This document shows, one piece after another, positions 30,992-39,168 of a stretch of 64,000 bases of DNA; position 1 is the first letter of the stretch, and every line of letters begins with the position of its first letter. Origin of the DNA: Salinivirgaceae bacterium (GTDB taxonomy: Bacteria > Bacteroidota > Bacteroidia > Bacteroidales > SZUA-534); NCBI GenBank assembly GCA_024405635.1, contig JAKSOL010000003.1, positions 1 to 64,000 of the forward strand, in the 5' to 3' direction. The notes beneath the pieces were generated by a model that saw only the letters and a program-made list of their open reading frames with translations, did not search any database and was not told where the DNA came from. The translations under genes were made by a program, and so were the position numbers.

Positions 30992-32434
30992 ATGAAAGAA
31001 AATATCATTGGTCGAGCTCGCGAAACAGAGCAACTGCAAGCGATATACAATTCTGGAAATGCCGAATTTACAGTGGTTTATGGGCGCCGACGTGTTGGAA
31101 AAACATTTCTTGTTAGAGAATATTTTGAAAAAGATTTTGCCTTTTATCACACGGCCTTGTCTCCTTTTGAATTGACCGATAATGAAGAACTCCTATTGAG
31201 TCAACAATTACAAAGTTTTCATAGTTCGCTCAAACTTTATGGCGATTATCATGACAATTCTCCTAAAAACTGGATTGAAGCTTTTGATTGGTTGCGAGAT
31301 TTGCTTATCCGCAAGTCGCGAAAGAAACGTTTGGTTGTTTTTATTGATGAATTACCATGGCTTGACACTCCAAGGTCGGGATTTGTTACAGCGTTTGAGC
31401 ATTTTTGGAATGGGTGGGGCGCAGGTCAGAAAAAACTACTGCTTATTGTTTGTGGTAGCGCAACATCGTGGATATCAGATCAACTATTGAACAACACAGG
31501 TGGGCTTTATGGGCGTACAACAAAAGAAATTAGCGTGTCGCCGTTTACGCTAAAAGAAACTGAACAATTCCTGAAATCGAAAGGCATAGTTTATAATCAT
31601 TATGACATTCTTGAAACTTATATGGTTATGGGCGGCATACCATATTACTTGTCGTATATGGAAAAAGGTATGTCGGTGGCGCAAAACATTGATAATATCT
31701 TTTTTAAAAAAGGCGGAAAACTCGAAAATGAATTTATTCGGTTGTTTAGTTCTCTTTTTGTTGATTATGAACGATACATTTCGTTTGTGCGATTTTTGAG
31801 CCAAAAACGTAAAGGGTTTACGCGCAAAGAAATTGCTGAGCATTTTAATATGACTTCTGGCGGCGGCCTCTCAAAAATACTTCAAACACTATGTGCTAGC
31901 GATTTTGTGATGCCGTATGTCAATTTTGACCATTCAAGTCGCGAAGTATATTATAAACTAACTGATTTCTTTTCGCTTTTTTACTTCTATTTCATCGACA
32001 ATCGTAAAACTCTCAATCCTAGTTTTTGGCAAGAAAATAGCAATTCTCCATCGCTTAAATCGTGGCGCGGATTTTCGTTTGAAGAGGTGTGCTTTATGCA
32101 TCAAGACAAGATAAAAGCAGCTCTTGGCATAAGCGGCATACACACTGAAGTGTCGTCGTGGATGACCAAAAATAAAGAGGAAAATGCGCAGATTGACATG
32201 CTGATAGTTCGTGATGACAGGATTGTTAATATCTGCGAAATGAAGTTCCACTCTACTGAAGTGGCAATAGATAAAGACATGGATAAAAATCTCCGTAATA
32301 AAATGGATGTTTTTATGACGGAAACTAAATGCAAAAAAACACCGCAAATAGTATTGGTAACAACTTACGGATTGAAACAGAGCCTGTATGGCAGTGTGGT
32401 GCAGAAAGTTGTAACTATGGATGATTTGTTTTAA
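30992..32434 (+). CDS. AAA/archaeal-type ATPase with central winged helix and C-terminal PD-(D/E)xK-like (DUF234-type) domain
   Basis: IIGRARE, GRRRVGKT Walker A, VFIDE Walker B, GGIPYY, TRKEIAEHF..GGLSKIL HTH, QIDMLI..ICEMKF. Confidence 0.88.
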   Translation: MKENIIGRARETEQLQAIYNSGNAEFTVVYGRRRVGKTFLVREYFEKDFAFYHTALSPFELTDNEELLLSQQLQSFHSSLKLYGDYHDNSPKNWIEAFDWLRDLLIRKSRKKRLVVFIDELPWLDTPRSGFVTAFEHFWNGWGAGQKKLLLIVCGSATSWISDQLLNNTGGLYGRTTKEISVSPFTLKETEQFLKSKGIVYNHYDILETYMVMGGIPYYLSYMEKGMSVAQNIDNIFFKKGGKLENEFIRLFSSLFVDYERYISFVRFLSQKRKGFTRKEIAEHFNMTSGGGLSKILQTLCASDFVMPYVNFDHSSREVYYKLTDFFSLFYFYFIDNRKTLNPSFWQENSNSPSLKSWRGFSFEEVCFMHQDKIKAALGISGIHTEVSSWMTKNKEENAQIDMLIVRDDRIVNICEMKFHSTEVAIDKDMDKNLRNKMDVFMTETKCKKTPQIVLVTTYGLKQSLYGSVVQKVVTMDDLF

Positions 32435-32573
32435 GCGGAGACTATTTGTCGGCCGCATAAGATATAAGAGGATTCTTGCAACATTGTCGCAAATATTGAG
32501 TTATTTTGTGAGAAAGTTTAATTGGTAAATATTCAGAACAACTGGATATGTAAACCAAATTATAAAGAATTAG

Positions 32574-32621
32574 ACGCCCACGCTCCAAAGGCGAAAATAA
32601 GGTTGGAGCAACGATATAAAT
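32574..32621 (+). repeat. Intergenic element copy 1 (pseudoknot-compatible)
   Basis: ACGCCCACGCTCCAAAGGCG...AAGGTTGGAGCAACGATATAAAT; recurs at 33563-33680. Confidence 0.8.
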
Positions 32622-32844
32622 GAGTATGTATAATTTACGCGACATAGTAGAATATACGGTTATGTTGATTGGCTCGTTTGCTAAGAGATATAACATTAGC
32701 AGTCGGGAGGCTCAGTCATATTTGAGTCGCTATGGCGCTTTAGATTTGATTCAGTCTCATTATGGCATTATGCATACACAACGATTTGAGGATATGGTAG
32801 ATGGCTTGTCTGCTTTTTGCAGAAGGAAGGGCGGTAATTTATGA
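32620..32844 (+). CDS. DUF3791-like small protein
   Basis: FAKRYNIS..AQSYLSRYGALDLIQSHYGIMHT; ATGA-coupled to the DUF3990 gene. Confidence 0.75.
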   Translation: MSMYNLRDIVEYTVMLIGSFAKRYNISSREAQSYLSRYGALDLIQSHYGIMHTQRFEDMVDGLSAFCRRKGGNL

Positions 32845-33317
32845 AACTATATCATGGCTCAAATATGGTTATTGATAGGATAGACTTGTCATGTTCCAAA
32901 CCAAATAAAGATTTTGGAAAGGCATTCTATTTGTCCGATGATTATGCACAAGCCGAGGAGATGGCTATGCTGAAAACTGTTTTCCTTGGAGGAACCCCGA
33001 TTGTTATGACCTTTGACTTTGATGAGTCATTGGTATCTAACGGAACATTACGATTCAAAAGTTTTGAAAGTTATACCGAGGATTGGGCTCGTTTTATTTA
33101 TGACCATAGAAATGATGAACAAGGACGAACATTGCATGACTATGATGTTGTGTATGGTCCAATAGCCAACGATAGAGTCGGAGCTCAAATCAACAATTTC
33201 AGGAATGGTTATATATCTTTTGAAACATTCTTGGAACGAATAAAATATATGAAAGGCATAACTTTTCAATATGCCTTTTGCACGCAGTTGGCAATATCGA
33301 AATTGAAGAGAATATGA
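32841..33317 (+). CDS. DUF3990 family protein (possible ADP-ribosyltransferase-like toxin)
   Basis: MKLYHGS, KDFGKAFYL, YDVVYGPIAND, QYAFCT. Confidence 0.8.
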   Translation: MKLYHGSNMVIDRIDLSCSKPNKDFGKAFYLSDDYAQAEEMAMLKTVFLGGTPIVMTFDFDESLVSNGTLRFKSFESYTEDWARFIYDHRNDEQGRTLHDYDVVYGPIANDRVGAQINNFRNGYISFETFLERIKYMKGITFQYAFCTQLAISKLKRI

Positions 33318-33556
33318 ACGTTACAAAGCAAGAGTTCGATTTTATGGTTCAATCGCTCACAACCGATTTGATTACCATTCTAACAGAGAAAAATCATCTT
33401 TCTGTTAGCAAGGCTTTCGATGTTTTGTATCAGTCAAATACCTTCGCCAAACTTTGTGATGCAAACACAGGTTTGTATTATCAGTCAGCAAGATATATTT
33501 ATAGTTATCTTGTAGAAGAAAAGAAAGAAATGATTGACCAAGCATTGGCTTGTTGA
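33314..33556 (+). CDS. Small hypothetical protein (DUF3791-related partner)
   Basis: ATGA overlap; AFDVLYQSNTFAKLCDANTGLYYQS resembles typical DUF3990 neighbours. Confidence 0.7.
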   Translation: MNVTKQEFDFMVQSLTTDLITILTEKNHLSVSKAFDVLYQSNTFAKLCDANTGLYYQSARYIYSYLVEEKKEMIDQALAC

Positions 33557-33562
33557 TTATAA

Positions 33563-33680
33563 ACGCCCACGCTCCCAAGGCGTATCCGACGACAAACCGA
33601 GCGCAATCAAGCATGCTTGAATTGCCGAGGTGCGAAGAAGGAAGACCTAAGGTCAAAAAGGTTGGAGCAAAGACATAAAT
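33563..33680 (+). repeat. Intergenic element copy 2, carrying an ~70-bp palindromic insert
   Basis: ACGCCCACGCTCCCAAGGCG [insert containing TCAAGCATGCTTGA] AAGGTTGGAGCAAAGACATAAAT. Confidence 0.8.
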
Positions 33681-33767
33681 AAAAGGCGTCATCAACGCTT
33701 TGTTCTTGGAGATTCGAAACCTGAGAAATTTTGAATATACAATCAAGGACACTGCAGATAGAATGCC

Positions 33768-33985
33768 ACGGATGAGTTGTATAAACTAGGTCCGTAGTGT
33801 GTCTGAGGGTATTATGTGCCCTCCCGACACACTCTACGGGTGTTTATATACTTCTCTGCGTGGGTATTTTGCATCTGCTCGTCTATTGTATAGGGTTTCT
33901 CAGGGCCTCGAATTCGGACGAGTTTGGTGCAAATGCCCACGCTTTTTTTGTTTAATAAGAATACTGACAATGGGCATTTGTCAGT
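33768..33985 (+). ncRNA. Candidate structured RNA/leader with several mutually exclusive hairpins
   Basis: Stems at 33768-33795, 33792-33839, 33858-33942 (followed by T7) and 33963-33985, paired by eye. Confidence 0.45.
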
Positions 33986-33996
33986 TGTTTGAGATT

Positions 33997-34383
33997 ATGA
34001 ATGAAGTTTTAAAATCCCATTTTCTAAGAATTTGGTGCATGATTGTAGCCGATGGAAATGTAGATCAAAAGGAACTCTCTTTTTTGTATCAATTGGGAGA
34101 TGAGTATGGTGTATCAAAGGCGGATGTGCACGATGCTATTTTATCAGGTGGAAATATTACAAGTTTCCCTCAAGACCAAATAGGTAGAATCCGGCATCTG
34201 TATGATTTGACTCGAGTGGCTTTAATAGACGAAAATTTGCATGAGAAGGAAAAATTGTTGTTGTGTGATTATGCAAACTTGTTTGGCTTTAACCCAGAAA
34301 TAGTCCCAGATTTTATAGAAGTGTTGTTGCAGAGTGCAAGAGAAAACGTCCCATTTAATGATTTGATTAAACAACTTAACTAA
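33997..34383 (+). CDS. TerB-like domain protein
   Basis: HFLRIWCMIVADGNVDQKELSFL and the second half-repeat LYDLTRVALIDENLHEKEKLLL. Confidence 0.75.
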   Translation: MNEVLKSHFLRIWCMIVADGNVDQKELSFLYQLGDEYGVSKADVHDAILSGGNITSFPQDQIGRIRHLYDLTRVALIDENLHEKEKLLLCDYANLFGFNPEIVPDFIEVLLQSARENVPFNDLIKQLN

Positions 34384-34393
34384 TTGAAGAAAT

Positions 34394-35734
34394 ATGAATT
34401 TTGGATTAAAAACTTTGTTTAGAAAATCGGATGCCGATAATTTAAATAAGAACATTGTTGTCGATAGCGAAGATGTCAGAATGGAGGGCGAAACGTATAA
34501 AACTTGGGGATTTCGCTTGGCAGGTAAAGCTGGTGGCAATAATTCTGTGTTAAGTTCGGCTCTTAATGTTGTTGAACAAAATAATCGCAAGGAACAGATT
34601 GAAAACCAACAACAGCAAGAAAAAAGCAAACAAGAAATTGAAGCTAAATTGGATGCTCTTATTCTAAAGAAAAAGAAGTTGGAGGATCAAAAGAATGGAT
34701 TACAGAATGCTATTGAGGATAGTTTAGAGAAAATAACAAGTTTTAAGGATGCATATACTGATAAGGTAACTGATTATGAGAAAAAGAAGCAAGAAATAAA
34801 GAATGGAGCGACGGGAACAAATAGGACCTCAAAACTTACTTTGATTATATCATGTTTCTTGTTGCTTGCACTTGCTATATATCTATTTACATTTTATTCT
34901 TCGGCTGTTTATAGTGCATTCTTTAAGGAGTTTAAGTTTGATGATATGGGTTTTGGATCTACTATTTTGGATTCTCAAGCACTATCAAAAGCTTGGCATC
35001 AAGGATCTCAGTCTGGGTTGTTTTGTTCTCTCTTGCCATTTGTATTTGTTGCATTAGGTTTTGTTGTGTCTCAATTTGAAAATCAAGATGGATGGAAAAG
35101 CGTAGTTAAAACTATAATTATGTATGCTATTACATTTGTGTTTGATGCAATTTTAGCTTATGAGATTAGTAAAAAAATCTACGATATGGAAATGTTGACC
35201 CAATTAGGAGATTTTCCGCCATATTCTATCCGTATGGCATTTGAGAATATTGGTTTTTGGTCTATCATTTTCTTAGGCTTTATTGTCTATTTGATTTTTG
35301 GATTTGTTTTTGGATTTGCTATGAAAACATACGATGATTTGACTGATCGTAAAGGTCAATTGAGAATGATAGACAAAGATATCCAAAAAGAGCAAGAGAA
35401 GTTGAATAGAAAGATTGCATCAGAAAATAATAAGATTTCAAAAATGAAACTACAGGTGAATCAATTATCAAATAATCTTCTTGTTGTAGAACAGAATATT
35501 GCTCAACAAGAAAGATTAATCAATGGAAACTTAATTGATTTTAATGCTTTGTTAAAGGCACTTAATGAGTTTTTTATGGGTTGGATGAGCTATTTGACTG
35601 GTGCTTCGTCAGGTTCTGAAAAGAAAACATTGGCTCAGCAAATTTTTAACAATAAGATTTCGGAAGTGAATAATAGTTTTCACCCACAAAAAAAGGATGC
35701 GATAATTGATCAATTAACTTTAAAAACCGAATAA
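34394..35734 (+). CDS. Membrane protein: coiled coil, four TM helices, coiled coil
   Basis: Q/K/E-rich heptads flank four hydrophobic stretches; no family recognised. Confidence 0.75.
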   Translation: MNFGLKTLFRKSDADNLNKNIVVDSEDVRMEGETYKTWGFRLAGKAGGNNSVLSSALNVVEQNNRKEQIENQQQQEKSKQEIEAKLDALILKKKKLEDQKNGLQNAIEDSLEKITSFKDAYTDKVTDYEKKKQEIKNGATGTNRTSKLTLIISCFLLLALAIYLFTFYSSAVYSAFFKEFKFDDMGFGSTILDSQALSKAWHQGSQSGLFCSLLPFVFVALGFVVSQFENQDGWKSVVKTIIMYAITFVFDAILAYEISKKIYDMEMLTQLGDFPPYSIRMAFENIGFWSIIFLGFIVYLIFGFVFGFAMKTYDDLTDRKGQLRMIDKDIQKEQEKLNRKIASENNKISKMKLQVNQLSNNLLVVEQNIAQQERLINGNLIDFNALLKALNEFFMGWMSYLTGASSGSEKKTLAQQIFNNKISEVNNSFHPQKKDAIIDQLTLKTE

Positions 35735-35735
35735 G

Positions 35736-36587
35736 ATGAAAAGAATTTTGTTATCTGCCCTATGGGGTATTGTATGCGTTCTATTTTGCAATGGTTGTTC
35801 AGGTTCTGGCAATTCAAATGGAAATGATGGTAGTGGCTCAACTAAAGTTAAGAAACCATTGAATATAACGGTGTTTATTGATTTATCTGACCGTATTGAA
35901 AAAAATACTCACCATGTTTCTTCTGAAACCAAGGATTTGGAGATTTTCAAACATTTGACTGCTAGTTTTAAAGAGAAAGCAGTTTCAGAAAAAATAGTTC
36001 CATGTGAGGATAGAATGGAGGTTTTCTTTTATCCTGTACCTAATGCTTCTGAAATAATTAACTTGTCTAAAGGTTTGATAATTGATCTAGCGAAGGTGAA
36101 TATTAAAAAAAAGAAGGAAGTGTTGAATCAGTTGGACGTTAAATGGGACTCTGCTTTGTCTCAAATTTATGCTCAAGCAAAAGCAGAAAAAAAATATCAT
36201 GGCGCTGATATCTACGGATTTGTTGGTAAAAAGATTAATTCTCAATGTGTTCTTCCTAATTATCGCAACGTGTTAATAATTCTTTCGGATGGCTATCCTT
36301 ATGATGTTAAATCGGCTAATTCGTATGGGAATAATGAATTTTCTTATGTTACTCCTAAATTGTTGAGACAATATCCTAATGCAAAATTGAAACCATTAAA
36401 AGTTGATTTGTCAAATTTGGAAATCCTTCTTTTGGAAGTAGATGAAGCGAATAAAGGAGATTATTATAAACTCCAGACTATTTGGGCAGATTGGTTAAAT
36501 GGTATGAATGTCAAGAGATTTGAAATGGCTGAAACAGATTTGCCAAATCAAACCCAAAAGGTTATTGATGCTTTTTTGAAGCAATAA
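35736..36587 (+). CDS. Lipoprotein with vWA-like domain
   Basis: Lipobox-like NGC, G/S/N linker, VFIDLSDR (partial MIDAS), LIILSDG. Confidence 0.65.
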   Translation: MKRILLSALWGIVCVLFCNGCSGSGNSNGNDGSGSTKVKKPLNITVFIDLSDRIEKNTHHVSSETKDLEIFKHLTASFKEKAVSEKIVPCEDRMEVFFYPVPNASEIINLSKGLIIDLAKVNIKKKKEVLNQLDVKWDSALSQIYAQAKAEKKYHGADIYGFVGKKINSQCVLPNYRNVLIILSDGYPYDVKSANSYGNNEFSYVTPKLLRQYPNAKLKPLKVDLSNLEILLLEVDEANKGDYYKLQTIWADWLNGMNVKRFEMAETDLPNQTQKVIDAFLKQ

Positions 36588-36735
36588 AACAAATTACACT
36601 TTTCTTACAAAAACACACTTCAAACTTGAACTTTTCCCTAAAATTGGCACTTCAAAAATTATACTTTTTTAGAAATGTTGTAATTCGCAATTAGTCAATT
36701 TGTTGTGTGGTGTTTAATTCGTGGCTGGATTTATT

Positions 36736-36786
36736 AGGAATCAAACAAGCTGTTCTTATTGAAAAAAGATCGCTTGTTTGATTCCT
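36736..36786. repeat. Perfect 15-bp inverted repeat with 21-nt spacer
   Basis: AGGAATCAAACAAGC / GCTTGTTTGATTCCT. Confidence 0.85.
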
Positions 36787-36906
36787 TTATTCTAATATCA
36801 TGTAAATATTTCTAAATAGCGCATAATAAGCATTTTAAATATGTCGATAACCAGGCAAATAAAAAGCAGTATGTGCATTGTGTTTTCTCTCCGTAGGCTT
36901 ACCTAC

Positions 36907-37830
36907 CTAAAAACACCTACTTCGTTTAATCAAAAAAGCTGAAAGCACATCGGCGAAGGGTTGGTTAATGTCGGCTTCAACAAAATCGATGTTAAGTTGG
37001 CCGCAACGCGTGCGTAGTGTTGCGTTTTGTTTGGCCATTTGTTGTTGGTAGAATTGGCGAATCTCGTTGGGATTTAGTTTTATTGTCTCGCCAGTTTCCA
37101 TGTCGACAAACTTTATGGGGCGGTTTTTGAATTTTAGGTTTTGCTCGTGCTCGCAGTCGGTAAGTTGAAAAACTACAACCTCGTGTTTGTTGTATTTAAG
37201 GTGCTCAATGGCGTGAACTAGTTCATCTTGATTTGAGGTGAATAGGTCAGAGAATAACACAACCAACGACCTGCGGTGAATGTTGTCGGCAATGGTGTGT
37301 AGGGCTTGTGAAAGGTCGGTTTTTCGGTTTAGTTGAGCTTTGCTTTGGCTGATAAGCAATTGGTTTAACTGCGAGTAAATTAGTTTTATGTGGCTTTCAG
37401 TTAATCGGGCATCGGTTTGAAAATCAATGCCATCGGAAAAAAGAGTAAGGCCAACAGCGTCGCGTTGACGGCGTAGCAAGTGGGTCAAGGCTGCGGTGCA
37501 GTAAATGCCAAAAGAAAGTTTGCTACCTTTGCCGTTTTTCTCCATCGGAAAAAGCATTGACGATGAAGTGTCAAGTAAAATATGACAACGCAGATTGGTT
37601 TCTTCGTTGTATTGTTTAACGAAAAACTTGTCGGTGCGGGCAAATAGTTTCCAATCGATGTGGCGAGTCGATTCGCCTTGGTTGTAAAGTCGATGCTCGG
37701 CAAATTCGGCCGAAAAACCATGAAAAGGGCTGCGGTGTGTTCCGGCAATAAAGCCTTCAACTACTTGTGTGGCAATCCACTCAAGGTTATTAAATTGTTC
37801 AATGTCAATTATTTGCTGCAGAGTCTGCAT
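36907..37830 (-). CDS. DUF58 domain protein (MoxR-associated, vWA-like)
   Basis: GTHRSPFHGFSAEFAEHRLY, IDWK, DTSSSM, FSDL. Confidence 0.9.
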   Translation of the reverse strand: MQTLQQIIDIEQFNNLEWIATQVVEGFIAGTHRSPFHGFSAEFAEHRLYNQGESTRHIDWKLFARTDKFFVKQYNEETNLRCHILLDTSSSMLFPMEKNGKGSKLSFGIYCTAALTHLLRRQRDAVGLTLFSDGIDFQTDARLTESHIKLIYSQLNQLLISQSKAQLNRKTDLSQALHTIADNIHRRSLVVLFSDLFTSNQDELVHAIEHLKYNKHEVVVFQLTDCEHEQNLKFKNRPIKFVDMETGETIKLNPNEIRQFYQQQMAKQNATLRTRCGQLNIDFVEADINQPFADVLSAFLIKRSRCF

Positions 37831-38450
37831 TAAAGCGAGAACAAACTATTGGTGGCAACTTCAACGTTGCTTATTGCCTTGCTCAAGTCTTCGTTATTTT
37901 CCGAAAAATTAAGTTGGTCAACGTCAAGAATAACCAGTTTGCCAAGGTTGTAGTGTTCAATCCAAGCCTCGTAGCGCTCGTTTAGGCGTTTTAGGTAGTC
38001 GATGCGGATTGAACCTTCGTACTCGCGGCCGCGTTTTTGAATTTGGTTTACCAATGTTGGAACCGAAGCTCGAAGATAAATTAGCACATCGGGAGCTTGA
38101 ATGAATTTGCTCATTAGGTTGAATGTGCCTAAATAAGTTTCAAGGTCGCGAGTTGAGAGCAATCCCATGTCGTGAAGATTGGGAGCAAAAATGTGTGCGT
38201 CTTCGTAAATGGTGCGGTCTTGAATAACGTTTTTGTGCGAGTTAAGCAGGTCAACTATCTGGTTGTATCGACTATTCAAAAAGTTTATTTGCAAGTTGAA
38301 TGCCCAACGTTGCATGTCGTTGTAAAAGTCGTTGATGTATGGATTGTTGTCAGACTCTTCGTAATGAGCCTCCCATTTGAAGTGTTTCGACAATAGTTTG
38401 GTTAAGGTTGTTTTTCCTGAACCAATGTTACCCGCTACTGCTATATACAT
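37830..38450 (-). CDS. Deoxynucleoside kinase
   Basis: GNIGSGKTT, DRTIYED, RGREYE. Confidence 0.92.
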   Translation of the reverse strand: MYIAVAGNIGSGKTTLTKLLSKHFKWEAHYEESDNNPYINDFYNDMQRWAFNLQINFLNSRYNQIVDLLNSHKNVIQDRTIYEDAHIFAPNLHDMGLLSTRDLETYLGTFNLMSKFIQAPDVLIYLRASVPTLVNQIQKRGREYEGSIRIDYLKRLNERYEAWIEHYNLGKLVILDVDQLNFSENNEDLSKAISNVEVATNSLFSL

Positions 38451-38517
38451 AGTTATCTGTTTTTTTCAGCGGACTAAAATAATCTTTTTGCTCGAAACTC
38501 AACAGGCTATTTTCCTT

Positions 38518-39165
38518 TCAAATTAAATTAACTAGTTGCTCAAATGATGCAATTATTGGGCAATGACTTTGTGATAGCCGTTCGGCATTTTGGTGACCAT
38601 GGCTCATTAGTAAGCACTTGCAGCCCATGTGTTTAGCAACTTCGTAGTCGTGCAAGGTGTCGCCAATAAGCAGAACTTGGTTGCTGTTTACTCCAAGTTG
38701 GCTCATTAGCTCAATGCCTTGCTCGGCTTTTCCTTTGGCGTAATGGTCGCCGCAACCATAAATATTTTCAAACATTTGGCCAATGCCAAGTGCATTAACC
38801 GACTCAACTAGCGCTTTTTGCTCCATTGCCGATAGTATTATCTGTTTGATGTTTAGTTGTTTAATGCGGTTTAATACATCGGTAGTTTTGTAAAATAGCC
38901 CAACTTGTGGCAATTTTTTGAAAAAAATATCCATGTACTCCATAGCTGGAGTTTCAAAAGGTTCGCGGCTGAAGTCGAATCCTGCAAGCTCGTAGTATTT
39001 CTGCACTGGAAAGGTGAATATTTGCTTGTATCGCTGTTCGGTAAGTGGCGCCAATCCTCGGCTTTCAAGCAACTGATTCATTGAACTTATGCTTATGTCG
39101 AGGTCGTTAAGCAAGGTCCCGTTCCAGTCCCAAATCACAATTTTTATGTTGCTAAGTAGGCACAT
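38518..39165 (-). CDS. HAD family hydrolase
   Basis: WDWNGTL, ILSA, IGDTLHD. Confidence 0.88.
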   Translation of the reverse strand: MCLLSNIKIVIWDWNGTLLNDLDISISSMNQLLESRGLAPLTEQRYKQIFTFPVQKYYELAGFDFSREPFETPAMEYMDIFFKKLPQVGLFYKTTDVLNRIKQLNIKQIILSAMEQKALVESVNALGIGQMFENIYGCGDHYAKGKAEQGIELMSQLGVNSNQVLLIGDTLHDYEVAKHMGCKCLLMSHGHQNAERLSQSHCPIIASFEQLVNLI

Positions 39166-39168
39166 TTG

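Noticed and set aside
33799-33996. N-terminal extension of the TerB ORF from GTG 33799
   Set aside because: The extension runs through strong hairpins and does not look protein-like; ATG 33997 fits the TerB-like domain.
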